Assembly (NCBI GenBank): GCA_964602665.1
Contig: CAZRRH010000001.1
Coordinates: forward strand, 8,414 to 72,413
Origin: an uncultured Candidatus Saccharibacteria bacterium
GTDB taxonomy: Bacteria; Patescibacteriota; Dojkabacteria; SC72; WJKH01
Direction: 5' to 3'
DNA length: 64,000 bases
Made by a program: the position numbers and the translations under genes. Below, piece after piece: positions 17,315 to 28,056 of the stretch. Every line of letters starts with the position of its first letter. The stretch's first letter is position 1. The notes under the pieces are model-generated. The model saw only the letters and a program-made list of their open reading frames with translations. It was not told the DNA's origin and ran no database searches.

Positions 17315-20300
17315 CTACGAATTTATTTTTTTTTCAACAATTTCATATATTTCATCTATGCTGTCAATCCTTGCTTCTTCTCCAGAAGGAATTCTTTTGC
17401 CAAGCATGACATTTTCCTTCATTCCTCTTAGATAGTCGATTTTGCCTAGTAAAGCGCCTTCTGTTAGGACCCTTACATGCTCCTGAAACGACATTGCTGA
17501 TAAGAAGCTATCAGTATTTAATGAAACCATTTTTATACCCATCAATCTTGGTGTGTAATAAATGATGTTTTTACCCTCTTCTCTTAACAGTTCATTATGT
17601 TTTCGCGCGAGCTGAGTTGCGATAATGCCTCCTGCGACATGCTCAGTATCTCCTGGATTATTTATCCTTGCAAGAGAAGACATTTGTTTGACGATTATCT
17701 CAAAATGAATATCAGCCAATGCAACTCCCTGCTCATTAAACACTCTTTGACATTGATCTACTATATACTTTTGAGCGGTCAAAATACTTGTCGCGACTGC
17801 TAATCTCTGAGGATCGACAGCTCCAGAGGTTATTAAATCGCCAGCCTTTATATTCTGCCCATCTTTTATTATTAACTCCTCATTTGGAAGTACAGTTATA
17901 GTTTCTTGCGCTTTAACAGTAGCTTTTAATGTCATTACACCATTGTCAATAAGCACTTTACCCGTGTATGGTGACTGCTTCTCACTCTCGTCATGGGCAA
18001 TATATAAGACATCACCTACTTTAACTTCAGCTTCATTTTCAACAACAACTTTCTTCGCATCATATACAGGATAAATTGTCTCGATGTATTTGCTCCCCTC
18101 AATGGTTACAACATAGCTATCATCTTCTAGCTTTTGCACATGAGCAACACCGTCGATGGTAGCTATCTCTGCTTCTGCTTTTGGCTTGCGAGCTTCTAAA
18201 AGCTCCTCAACCCTAGGAAGACCTTGTGTGATATCAGTTTTTTCAACTCCTCCCTTGTGGAAGGTTTTCATAGTTAGCTGAGTACCAGGTTCCCCGATTG
18301 ATTGAGCTGCAATTACACCAACGGCCTTACCCATTTCAACCATCTCGTTTGTTTCATAATCAAATCCATAGCAATGTTTGCACATTCCGATGGGAGATTT
18401 ACATGTAAGAGGTGTCCTTACAAATACGCTCTCAACCCCTGCTTTATCAATTTTTATTGCTAATTCTCTATCAATTGGTGTGTTTTTTTCTACTAATAAC
18501 TTGCCCTTTGAATCTTTTACATCCTGCGCTAGTACTCTTCCAAAGATTCTATCTTCATAAGAAAGTCTTCTTACATCATCTTTTCTTACTTCTATACCAT
18601 CTCCATCATAACCACAATCATCTTCTCTTATTATCACAGGGTGAGAAACATCTACAAGTCTTCTTGTCAAATATCCTGAGAAAGGTGTTCTTAATGACTG
18701 GTCAGCCTGCCCTTTTCTTCCTCCATTTGCAGCGACAAAATACTCAAATGAGTTTAGTCCGTCACGATAATTACCTTTAATAGGCAATGGAACCCAGTTT
18801 CCAGACGAGTCTCTTACCATACCGATAACAGTAGCAACCTGTCTTACCTGGATCTTACTACCGTTTGCCTTGGATTCTACCATCTCATATACAGAGTTAT
18901 TCTTTTCCAATTTTGACCATGCTTCTTCTGATAACTTATCGGCAAAGTCATTCCACATGTTGACTGATAGAGTGTTTTTTTCTTTTGAAACGATTAATCC
19001 TTGCAAAAAGTTCTCTTCTAAAGCCTCATCTTTTTTTTCTATTTCACCTATATTTCCTTGAATATCTATCTTGACATTACAATCACTCATCGCAAAAGAA
19101 AATCCGGAATCTGTTGCATATTTAAATCCAAGCTGCTTTAAATTATCAAGCAAATCTATAAGTACTTCTTTACTGTAACGGATTTTTATATCTTCAATAA
19201 TGTCATAAGCTTTACCGCCACCAATTCTCTCGTTAATAAAAGGGTAATCATCTGGCAGTATCTTGTTAAATATTATTCTTCCAACGCTAGTTTTATAGAC
19301 TTGTCCTTTACCTGAAGAATATATCATCTCATTTAATCCTATCTTGCCATTTTGAAAAGCCCTGATTGCCGAGCCGAAATCTCCTATTACTTTTGGCTTC
19401 TTCTCCTCGTTGATATCAGTTAAGATAAAAAACCCTAAAAGCATATCGTTTGTTGGATAGGCTAAAACTTTACCACTTGCAAAACTTGTGATATTCTTTG
19501 ATGCCATTACTTTTTCTTTTACCTCTTCAACAGCCTCATCTGTTAATAATACATGCACAGACATTTGGTCTCCGTCAAAGTCAGCGTTAAATGCTTTACA
19601 AACAAGAGGGTGCAAATGAATTGCATCTCCTTCTACAAGTATAGGATAAAACGCTTGGATACTGTATTTATGTAATGTAGGAGCACGGTTAAGTAACACA
19701 GGTCTTTTTGATATTATACTCTCAAGATAATCCCATACGACAACATTTTTTTCATCAATTAAGTCTTTTGCCACTTTGACATTTGTCGCATGACCATTCT
19801 CTAAAAGCGCGTGCATCACAAATGGCTTATAAATCTCAAGCGCTATTGATTTTGGCAATCCACATTGATCAATTTTAAGTGTAGCATCTCCAACAATGAC
19901 TGCACGACCAGAGTAATCGACTCTTTTGCCAAGAAGATTCTTTCGAAATATACCTTTTTTACCTCTTATCTGATCTGTCAATGAATTGTAAGGCAATCTC
20001 TTATTGCTCATCATTGGTCGACCTGGTCTATGGCTATTATCAATAAGAGCATCAACTGCTTCTTGCAACATTCTCTTTTCATTTCGCATAATAATATCAG
20101 GAGCACCTATCTGCAAAAGCTTTTTGAGTCTATTATTTCTATTTATTATTCTGCGATACAAATCATTTAAATCATGAGTCGCAAACTTACCTCCTGCTAG
20201 AGGAATGATTGGACGCAAATCTGGAGGTATTACTGGCAATGTTTTTAATATTATCCAATCAGGCTTTATATCGTTTTTTTTCATGCCTTGCAAAATCTTT

Positions 20301-21223
20301 AACCTTTGGATGTTTTTGGCACGATCTTGCTTTTTACTACCAAGTTCAGCCTGAGTTCTCTCGATTTCTTTGTCTATATCAAAGTTCTGCAATAAATCAC
20401 TTATCGCTTCAGCACCAATTTTAGCCTCAAAAAAGATTAGTTCATTATCCGCAAAAGATACATACTCATCTTCTGTAAGTATTGTCCCAACAGTAATTGT
20501 ATTGCTTAGCTCGATTAGCCTGTTATATATATCACTCTCTGTCTCAATCATACCAGCATAATCATGTCTTAGTCTTGCAATACTTTGATTCTTTTTATGA
20601 AGAAGCTTATCTGCTTCAAAAGCCTTTTTATCTTTTTTAAGTTTTCCCGCCTCTAATTCTTTTATCTTTTTATTATACTTGTTTTCAATATTTGCTATTT
20701 CATCTTCAAGCTCTTTCTGCAAATCTTTTTCCAACTGCTGAAGAATTTTATCGATTTTAAGAAGTGTCTCCTCTCTTTTATCTTCATTTACCCCGACGAT
20801 CATATATCTTGAATAGTAAAGTACAGATAATAATTTCTTATGTGGCATATTTAAGATCATTGAGAGCTTGTTTGGCACTCCATATGCAAACCACACATGA
20901 GATACTGGGACGGCCAAATCAATATGGCCCATTCGCTCTCGTCTGACATCCGATGTTGTAATTTCTACACCGCATTTGTCACAAACAATACCTCGGTATT
21001 TTATTTTCTTATATTTACCGCAGTAACACTCGAAGTTTTTTATTGGACCAAATATTTTCTCGCAAAAAAGTCCATCAGGTTCTGGTTTATATGTGCGATA
21101 GTTTATTGTCTCTGCCTTTGTGACTTCTCCTGAGGACCAGCTACTAATCTGCTCCGGAGATGCCAGCATTACTTTTAATGCAAAAAAATCGTTAATCTGC
21201 TGGTTGAATTTTCTCTTGATCAT
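17315..21223 (-). CDS. rpoC: DNA-directed RNA polymerase subunit beta prime
   Basis: Zinc-binding N-terminus [21 protein letters not shown] and the NADFDGDQM catalytic motif. 1302 aa. Overlaps the rpoB 3' end by 32 nt. Confidence 0.95.
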   Translation of the reverse strand: MIKRKFNQQINDFFALKVMLASPEQISSWSSGEVTKAETINYRTYKPEPDGLFCEKIFGPIKNFECYCGKYKKIKYRGIVCDKCGVEITTSDVRRERMGHIDLAVPVSHVWFAYGVPNKLSMILNMPHKKLLSVLYYSRYMIVGVNEDKREETLLKIDKILQQLEKDLQKELEDEIANIENKYNKKIKELEAGKLKKDKKAFEADKLLHKKNQSIARLRHDYAGMIETESDIYNRLIELSNTITVGTILTEDEYVSFADNELIFFEAKIGAEAISDLLQNFDIDKEIERTQAELGSKKQDRAKNIQRLKILQGMKKNDIKPDWIILKTLPVIPPDLRPIIPLAGGKFATHDLNDLYRRIINRNNRLKKLLQIGAPDIIMRNEKRMLQEAVDALIDNSHRPGRPMMSNKRLPYNSLTDQIRGKKGIFRKNLLGKRVDYSGRAVIVGDATLKIDQCGLPKSIALEIYKPFVMHALLENGHATNVKVAKDLIDEKNVVVWDYLESIISKRPVLLNRAPTLHKYSIQAFYPILVEGDAIHLHPLVCKAFNADFDGDQMSVHVLLTDEAVEEVKEKVMASKNITSFASGKVLAYPTNDMLLGFFILTDINEEKKPKVIGDFGSAIRAFQNGKIGLNEMIYSSGKGQVYKTSVGRIIFNKILPDDYPFINERIGGGKAYDIIEDIKIRYSKEVLIDLLDNLKQLGFKYATDSGFSFAMSDCNVKIDIQGNIGEIEKKDEALEENFLQGLIVSKEKNTLSVNMWNDFADKLSEEAWSKLEKNNSVYEMVESKANGSKIQVRQVATVIGMVRDSSGNWVPLPIKGNYRDGLNSFEYFVAANGGRKGQADQSLRTPFSGYLTRRLVDVSHPVIIREDDCGYDGDGIEVRKDDVRRLSYEDRIFGRVLAQDVKDSKGKLLVEKNTPIDRELAIKIDKAGVESVFVRTPLTCKSPIGMCKHCYGFDYETNEMVEMGKAVGVIAAQSIGEPGTQLTMKTFHKGGVEKTDITQGLPRVEELLEARKPKAEAEIATIDGVAHVQKLEDDSYVVTIEGSKYIETIYPVYDAKKVVVENEAEVKVGDVLYIAHDESEKQSPYTGKVLIDNGVMTLKATVKAQETITVLPNEELIIKDGQNIKAGDLITSGAVDPQRLAVATSILTAQKYIVDQCQRVFNEQGVALADIHFEIIVKQMSSLARINNPGDTEHVAGGIIATQLARKHNELLREEGKNIIYYTPRLMGIKMVSLNTDSFLSAMSFQEHVRVLTEGALLGKIDYLRGMKENVMLGKRIPSGEEARIDSIDEIYEIVEKKINS

Positions 21224-24200
21224 CTTCGTTATTTGGTTTAGAAATTAAATCGATGTTTAGACAAAGTGCGTTTAATTCTCTTATAAGAACTTTAAACGAC
21301 TCAGGAATGTTTACAGGAGGAATTTTCTCTCCCTGTATTATAGCCTTATAAGCATTGGCTCTTCCCTTTACATCGTCTGATTTTATTGTCAACATCTCTT
21401 GCAAAGCATAAGGTGTCCCGTGTGCTTGCAATGCCCATACTTCCATTTCTCCAAATCTCTGTCCTCCCATCTGCGCTTTACCACCAAGTGGCTGCTGAGT
21501 AACAAGAGTATAAGGTCCAGTTGACCTAGCATGTAATTTCTCGTCAGCGATATGGTGCAGTTTAAGCATGTATTTATATCCAACGGTAACTTTTCTTGGA
21601 AATTTTTCACCTGTTCTGCCATCGTATAAATCCTCTTTCTCCTCCATAGCAAATCCTTTTTTCTCAAGCTCTGATTTGACCCACTCCATTCCGATCTTTT
21701 CAAAAATTGGAACACCAAAATTTACTCCAAGTTTATCAGCAAAATTGCCTAAATGAATTTCAGCAATCTGACCCATATTCATTCTTTTAATAAACATTGG
21801 CGTTAATATAATATCAATTGGTTTACCATCTGCAGTAAAAGGCATGTCTTCCATCGGCCTTATTTCCGCAATAGTTGCCTTATCTCCATGTCTTCCCGTT
21901 AATTTATCTCCGTAATCAATTTTCTTGGTTTGGGCAAGCCATACTTTGACTTTTTTAAGAACTCCAGGAGGTAATTTCTCTCCATCACTTGAGTCTAGTA
22001 CCTGAGTCTTTATAACCACACCTTTCTCACCATTTGGTACGCGAAGCGAGTTGTCTTTTACATCTTTTGATGATTCACCGAAAATGGCTTTTAACAATCG
22101 CTCTTCTGCTGTTAGCTCTCTTTCTCCTCTAGGAGCAACCACTCCAGCAAGAATGTCGCCCTCAACAACCCTTTGTCCTACTCTAATTACTCCATCTGCA
22201 TTTAGCTTCTGCAATACAGTCTCGTTTACAAAAGGGATATCACAAGTAAGCATCTCATCCCCAAGATCTGTCGCCATTATACTTGTTGTGTACTCTTTTA
22301 TGTGAATTGATGTGAGAACATCTTCTTTTATTAGTCTGTCTGAAATTACTGTTGAGTCCTCATAGTTATATCCCTCAAAAAACATTAGTGCGACCCTAAG
22401 ATTTGTACCAATAGATAATTCTCCTTCGACAATTGTTGGTCCATCAATTATTAAATCGCCTTTTTTGACTTTTTGCCCAGGAACAACTCTTACTGTCTGA
22501 GATAAGCAAGTGTCGTCATTTGATCTATCAAATTTTATTACTTCATAATCTTTTACTTTGCTTTTTCCATATCTTAGGCTGACTTTATTTGCATCAGCAT
22601 ATTCAACAACACCATCATCTTCTGCAAGAATAGTCCATTTTGACTGTCTACCAATAATCTCTTCAAATCCCGTACCAACTTTAGGAGCTTCTTGCTTTAT
22701 AAGAGGAACTCCCTGTCTTTGATGGTTGGAACCCATGAGCGTTCGTCTTGAGTGATCATTTGAGCCGTAAGGAATTAGTGCCAAACCAAGTCCTGCAACT
22801 TGAGAAGGATGAACATCAACATAATCAATCTTAGATTTATCACGAAGAACAAAATTTCCTCTGGTTTTTATTGGAACTAAAGTCGCCGTTATATTTCCAT
22901 ACTCATCCTGCTCGACATTTGAGAAACTGATATTTACAGCATCTTCCTCCATAGCATCGATATAATCTATCTGATCAGTAATATAAGGATAAACTTCTAT
23001 TTCAGCGTCTTTTACCTGCTCTTGTATTTTTTTAGCTGTCTGACTATCAATAACATCGCCTTTAGATGCAATTTTTTTGTTTTTATTATCAAAAATGTCA
23101 TTTGCAACGATTCTATTTATAAGCGTTTTCCCATCATTCTTAGCAGTTTTTAATACCTTTTTATAAGGAGCCTCCAAAAATCCGTATTCATTAATCTTAG
23201 CAAGAGAAGCTATCTGAGTAACAACACCTACAGAATTACTCTCTGGAGTTGTTACAGGACAAATTCTAGAATATTGTGACTGGTGAACCTCTCTTAATGA
23301 AAACGGCGCTCTTTCTTTTGTGACGCCGCCTGGTCCTGCACTTGTTATTTTTCTCTTATTTTCAAGTTCTGACAGAATATTTGTCTGATCCATAAAAGAA
23401 GAAAGCTGATTCTGGCCAAAAAATGATTGCACTGCAATTGATAATGTTTTTGACCCAACTAATGTTGATGGAGTCAATTTTGCATCTTCTCCATATGTGC
23501 TCATCTTGTCTTTTATCATTTTCTCGAGCCTTCGCATTGCGGGAGTCAATTGATCTATAATTGTCTCGCCAATACTTCTTATTCTCCTGTTCTGAAGATG
23601 ATCTACATCATCAGATGGAATTTCTCCGTTATTAACTTTTATAAGTCTTTTAACTACTCTTATAACATCATCAACATAAAGTTTTGCTTCTTTATCAATA
23701 TCATATTTAGTATCAAGCTTCCTATTAAGCTGATATCTTCCTACTTTCCCAAGTGAAAACTTCCTATCATTAAAGAAAAGAGACTTTATGTATTTTTCTG
23801 CACTTTCTAAAGTTGCAGTCTCCTCTGATCGAAGCTTTGAATAAACATTAATCACTGCTTCCTGCTTGTTTGTAGAAAAGTCTCTAGCCAGTGTTGCATC
23901 AATGTATTTCCTATCTGGATTAGTATCAACATCTGCAAAAAGTTTTTTAATATCTTCATTTGACTCATAGCCAAGTACTCTCAAAATTTCTGTTATAAGT
24001 ACCCTGCCAGTGTTTTTACCAAATTTTACAGTTATAACATCTGATTTGCTAACCTCAAATGAGTACCATGTACCTCTTGCAGGCATCAATACCGCCTTGT
24101 ATAGTTTCCTATCAGGCAAAGTTTCGTTCTCATCAAAAAGTACTCCTTCTGCTCTAACCATCTGGTGCATGACGACTCTTTTAACTCCGTTAATAACAAA

Positions 24201-24572
24201 ATACCCTTCATCTGTCATCATAGGGAAATCTGTGAGAAAAACCTCTTGCTCTTTAATTTCACCTGTTTTGTTGTTTAGCAATTGAACTTTTGTTGTAATT
24301 GGGACATCATAAGACAAACCCTTGTCTATGGCTTCTCTTATGGTCCTGTTGGGCTCCCCCCACTTAAACCCCTTAAACTCCATCGTCCATAATTTCTCCA
24401 TGGAGTCTTTAACAGGATTAATATCAGCAAAGAGTTCATCAAATCCATGCTGTTTAAACCAGTCAAACGAGTTTAACTGAGTCTCTATAAAATTTATGTA
24501 AGGCAACTGAAAAAATGTCTGCCCAAGAATGATTCTTGAAGCCTTGTTACGATGAGGTTCTCGTAATTTCAT
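21192..24572 (-). CDS. rpoB: DNA-directed RNA polymerase subunit beta
   Basis: 1126 aa with canonical beta-subunit blocks throughout. Confidence 0.95.
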   Translation of the reverse strand: MKLREPHRNKASRIILGQTFFQLPYINFIETQLNSFDWFKQHGFDELFADINPVKDSMEKLWTMEFKGFKWGEPNRTIREAIDKGLSYDVPITTKVQLLNNKTGEIKEQEVFLTDFPMMTDEGYFVINGVKRVVMHQMVRAEGVLFDENETLPDRKLYKAVLMPARGTWYSFEVSKSDVITVKFGKNTGRVLITEILRVLGYESNEDIKKLFADVDTNPDRKYIDATLARDFSTNKQEAVINVYSKLRSEETATLESAEKYIKSLFFNDRKFSLGKVGRYQLNRKLDTKYDIDKEAKLYVDDVIRVVKRLIKVNNGEIPSDDVDHLQNRRIRSIGETIIDQLTPAMRRLEKMIKDKMSTYGEDAKLTPSTLVGSKTLSIAVQSFFGQNQLSSFMDQTNILSELENKRKITSAGPGGVTKERAPFSLREVHQSQYSRICPVTTPESNSVGVVTQIASLAKINEYGFLEAPYKKVLKTAKNDGKTLINRIVANDIFDNKNKKIASKGDVIDSQTAKKIQEQVKDAEIEVYPYITDQIDYIDAMEEDAVNISFSNVEQDEYGNITATLVPIKTRGNFVLRDKSKIDYVDVHPSQVAGLGLALIPYGSNDHSRRTLMGSNHQRQGVPLIKQEAPKVGTGFEEIIGRQSKWTILAEDDGVVEYADANKVSLRYGKSKVKDYEVIKFDRSNDDTCLSQTVRVVPGQKVKKGDLIIDGPTIVEGELSIGTNLRVALMFFEGYNYEDSTVISDRLIKEDVLTSIHIKEYTTSIMATDLGDEMLTCDIPFVNETVLQKLNADGVIRVGQRVVEGDILAGVVAPRGERELTAEERLLKAIFGESSKDVKDNSLRVPNGEKGVVIKTQVLDSSDGEKLPPGVLKKVKVWLAQTKKIDYGDKLTGRHGDKATIAEIRPMEDMPFTADGKPIDIILTPMFIKRMNMGQIAEIHLGNFADKLGVNFGVPIFEKIGMEWVKSELEKKGFAMEEKEDLYDGRTGEKFPRKVTVGYKYMLKLHHIADEKLHARSTGPYTLVTQQPLGGKAQMGGQRFGEMEVWALQAHGTPYALQEMLTIKSDDVKGRANAYKAIIQGEKIPPVNIPESFKVLIRELNALCLNIDLISKPNNEDDQEKIQPAD

Positions 24573-24619
24573 ATATTTAATTTTATAAAAGTTAACTTTA
24601 ATTTTGGGAAATCTTAGGA

Positions 24620-24648
24620 ATTATACCATTAATTTTGAAATGTTGCAA
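24620..24648 (-). promoter_or_regulatory. sigma70-like promoter TTGCAA-N17-TATAAT for rpoB (minus strand)
   Basis: Minus strand reads TTGCAA (24648-24643), a 17-nt spacer, TATAAT (24625-24620). About 45 nt upstream of the rpoB ATG. Confidence 0.4.
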
Positions 24649-24693
24649 GCCTTTTCCAATTTCTTATTCGCATTTTCTCGCTTTCAAATTTGT

Positions 24694-24722
24694 TTGTCAA
24701 ATATAATATTATCTGTTATAAT
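24694..24722 (+). promoter_or_regulatory. sigma70-like promoter TTGTCA-N17-TATAAT for ftsK
   Basis: Exact 17-nt spacing. The -10 ends 8 nt before the ftsK ATG, so the mRNA would be leaderless or nearly so. Confidence 0.4.
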
Positions 24723-24730
24723 TTTGGTTA

Positions 24731-26977
24731 ATGGGAAGGAAGAAAAAGAAAGACTTAAAAGACATAAACATTAAAAGCAACGAAACCAAGGTTACCGTAG
24801 GCCTTATTATGTTCATTATTTCTATTGCATTAATAATAACTCCCTTCTTTACAGAGGTGATTTTTACTATAATTGCATCTTCATTAGGATATAGCTCAAT
24901 ATTATGGGGAGTTACGACTTTTTATATAAGCGGCTGGATGTTAACCAAATTTAAATTTTTTCATTCATCTAAGAGATTACTCGCATTAGTCCTAATGTCT
25001 TTAAATACATCACTTTTTCTGTCTTTCATAATTCCAAGACAAATGATGCTACCAACCGTTATTCCGCCAGATTTATCAATATATGGAGGACAGCTTGGAT
25101 ACTCATTGCATATTTCGCTTTATACTTTTATTGGGCCATTATTAGAATTTATCCTTATCGCAATAACATATATAACAGGGGCGTTTATGCTTTTTGGAAT
25201 CAAATTAGAGAGCCTAATGTCCTTACTTGAGAAAAAGTTTGAAATAAAAGAAGAAAACAAAGAGATAAGCCTAATAAAATCAGAGGACTCAACGAATTCA
25301 ATGTCACAAGATCATGAGGTTGAGATTAAAAAGCCTCCAATCGAATGGCCAAGCTTATTTAATCGCAAAAGAGATTTTCCTCAACACACAGACGACATAA
25401 TCGACGAAGAGGATGACGACACAGATGAGGGTTATTTTAATGATAAAAACACTGAAAAAGAATTGCTCCAAAATGTTCCTGAGATAATAACTAAAGAATC
25501 TGATGGGTGCGAGCTAGATGTTTATGAGCCGAAATATTCTCACTGGGCATTCCCAAGTATCAAACTCCTAAAAGATGTCATAAAAAGACCACAAGACGAG
25601 CAAATTCTCAAACAAAAAGCAAAGGTGATAGAAGAAACGCTTACTAGCTTTGGAATTCAATCAAGAGTTATCGAGATTGTAATCGGCCCAACCGTAGTAC
25701 AATTTGCTCTAAAGATCAATATTGGAACAAAAGTTGCAAAAATCAAAAACCTTAGCAATGATTTAGCCCTTGCGCTAGCAACATCTGCCAACTCAATAAG
25801 GCTAGAAGCCCCAATTCCTGGCACATCCCTCATCGGCATAGAGATGCCTAACCCAACACCAAACTTTGTGTTCGTAAAAGAAATGGTGGCAAATTTACAA
25901 GCCAAAAAAGATGATTTCGAATTACCAATTATTCTTGGAAAAAGCGTTTCAGGAGAAATCATGATCAAAGATTTAACTAATCTTCCTCACATACTTGTTG
26001 CAGGAGCTACTGGCACTGGTAAATCTGTCGGCATAAATGCAATGCTAATAGGATTACTTATGACAAAAACACCTGATGAGCTCAAATTAATTCTTGTAGA
26101 TCCTAAAATGGTTGAGATGTCGCCTTACAACGGTATTCCCCACTTACTCACACCCGTTGTCACCGAAATGGAGCTTGTTATAAACGCTTTGCAATGGGCA
26201 GTTGAGGAGATGCATAAAAGATACAGGATGCTCAAGGGTGCTGGAGTCCGCAAAATAACCGAGTATAATGAAAAACTTGGATTTGTTGGCATGCCATACA
26301 TTATAATTGTGATTGACGAGATGGCCGATTTGATGCTATCAACGGGAGTTGACGTTGAATCAAAGATTGTGCGATTGGCACAAATGTCCAGGGCGGTAGG
26401 AATTCATCTCATATTAGCGACTCAGAGACCGTCTGTAGATGTTATAACAGGCCTTATCAAAGCGAATATCCCTGGAAGAGTTTCTTTTGCAGTTACTACG
26501 GCAATAGATTCTAGAGTCATTATTGATCAATCGGGCGCAGAGAATCTTATCGGAAAAGGAGATATGCTTTTTAAATCGCCTGAGCTTGCTAAACCAATAA
26601 GAATTCAGGGAGCATACACAGATATTAAAGATATTGAGAGCATAATTGGAGCAATAAAAGCCCAAGTAGATGGTGAAGTTGAATATTTCAACGAGATATT
26701 AGAAAATCGTGATGAATCAAAGAAATGTCAAGAGCCACAATCAGGCGAACGAGATGAGCTATTTGCACAATCGCTTGAAGCCGTAATAAATATGCAAAAG
26801 GCATCTGCTTCATATCTTCAAAGAAAATTTAGGATAGGTTATAATAGAGCTGCAAGGATAATAGATGAATTAGAAGAGGCGGGCGCAATTAGTGCTCCTG
26901 ATGGAAGTAATCCTCGTAAAGTACTAGTATCGTCCCCAGAGCAAATATTGGGACAAGATAATTTTAGTGAAGAATAA
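24731..26977 (+). CDS. ftsK: DNA translocase FtsK/SpoIIIE
   Basis: N-terminal TM segments, Walker A AGATGTGKSVGINAML, C-terminal gamma wHTH. 748 aa. Confidence 0.85.
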   Translation: MGRKKKKDLKDINIKSNETKVTVGLIMFIISIALIITPFFTEVIFTIIASSLGYSSILWGVTTFYISGWMLTKFKFFHSSKRLLALVLMSLNTSLFLSFIIPRQMMLPTVIPPDLSIYGGQLGYSLHISLYTFIGPLLEFILIAITYITGAFMLFGIKLESLMSLLEKKFEIKEENKEISLIKSEDSTNSMSQDHEVEIKKPPIEWPSLFNRKRDFPQHTDDIIDEEDDDTDEGYFNDKNTEKELLQNVPEIITKESDGCELDVYEPKYSHWAFPSIKLLKDVIKRPQDEQILKQKAKVIEETLTSFGIQSRVIEIVIGPTVVQFALKINIGTKVAKIKNLSNDLALALATSANSIRLEAPIPGTSLIGIEMPNPTPNFVFVKEMVANLQAKKDDFELPIILGKSVSGEIMIKDLTNLPHILVAGATGTGKSVGINAMLIGLLMTKTPDELKLILVDPKMVEMSPYNGIPHLLTPVVTEMELVINALQWAVEEMHKRYRMLKGAGVRKITEYNEKLGFVGMPYIIIVIDEMADLMLSTGVDVESKIVRLAQMSRAVGIHLILATQRPSVDVITGLIKANIPGRVSFAVTTAIDSRVIIDQSGAENLIGKGDMLFKSPELAKPIRIQGAYTDIKDIESIIGAIKAQVDGEVEYFNEILENRDESKKCQEPQSGERDELFAQSLEAVINMQKASASYLQRKFRIGYNRAARIIDELEEAGAISAPDGSNPRKVLVSSPEQILGQDNFSEE

Positions 26978-26979
26978 AT

Positions 26980-28050
26980 ATGAACGATATGCTAACACCT
27001 GGTAAAATCTTAAAGTATTATAGAATTAAAAAGGGTTTTTCATTATCAGATATTGCTTCAGCAACACGCATCCCTATTGACCAACTAACACAAATTGAGG
27101 CTGATCAGTATACAGATCCTGATGCAGAAGTTTTTTATAAAGGCTTTATAAAAAATTACTCGGATCATCTAAATCTTGACACGGAAAAGATCTTAGCAAT
27201 CTTTCGCAGAACTGTTGCAGCAAAACCGGCTACTACACCAGTAATAAAAGAAGATAAAAAGCAGATCGTCATAGACAAAGTCAACAGCAGCGAAATTATA
27301 AAAAGCGGAACCGGGCCAAAAACAACCACAACAGCTACTTCCATTATTACCAAGGTAAAAAGTTATATTAAAAACCTTCAATTAACGCCATCTTTTATCG
27401 CAACATTAATAGCAGCAATAGTCTTAATCGCCGTAGCAACATATCTTATTATCCAATTTAATAATTATAGAAAAGCCCCACAGGTCACCATCTCTTCACC
27501 AGATGATAATTACATTACAAATGAAAGTTTTGTAACAATCGTTGGTTCTACTACGCCAAAAACAATCATAGAAATAAATGACCAGATCGTACAAATAGAC
27601 ACAGAAGGAAATTTCACTTATGAAATCCAGCTAACAGAGGGTGTTAATCAAGTAAATGTAAAGGCCAAAAGGAATGAAAAAGATGAGGGGACAATAATAA
27701 CAAGAACTGTTGTTTACGAAAAGCCATTTGTACCAGTTGAAGATGACGAAGAGGAAGAAGAAACAGCCCCCCAAACTCCTGTTATCACAGAGCATGATTT
27801 ATCAATCTCGATGACCGAAGATGTATGGATAAAACTAACGATAGATTCTAACTCACCTATCAACACTCTCCTCAAAGCAGGTGACACTAAAGAATACACT
27901 TGGAAAGATAGTTTTACGGTAAGTATTGGCAAGCCAAAAACAACAAAGATTACTGTAGACGGGGAAGAAAAAGAAATTATCGCAAATATGCAAACTGGTG
28001 TTGGACGAGTATCTTGTACTTCTGACAACGGCACAGTAAGTTGCAAATAA
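26980..28050 (+). CDS. RodZ-like protein (XRE-type HTH, one TM, C-terminal DUF4115-like domain)
   Basis: HTH KKGFSLSDIASATRIPIDQLTQIE, TM PSFIATLIAAIVLIAVATYLII, acidic linker, conserved C-terminal beta domain. Confidence 0.5.
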   Translation: MNDMLTPGKILKYYRIKKGFSLSDIASATRIPIDQLTQIEADQYTDPDAEVFYKGFIKNYSDHLNLDTEKILAIFRRTVAAKPATTPVIKEDKKQIVIDKVNSSEIIKSGTGPKTTTTATSIITKVKSYIKNLQLTPSFIATLIAAIVLIAVATYLIIQFNNYRKAPQVTISSPDDNYITNESFVTIVGSTTPKTIIEINDQIVQIDTEGNFTYEIQLTEGVNQVNVKAKRNEKDEGTIITRTVVYEKPFVPVEDDEEEEETAPQTPVITEHDLSISMTEDVWIKLTIDSNSPINTLLKAGDTKEYTWKDSFTVSIGKPKTTKITVDGEEKEIIANMQTGVGRVSCTSDNGTVSCK

Positions 28051-28056
28051 ATCACT

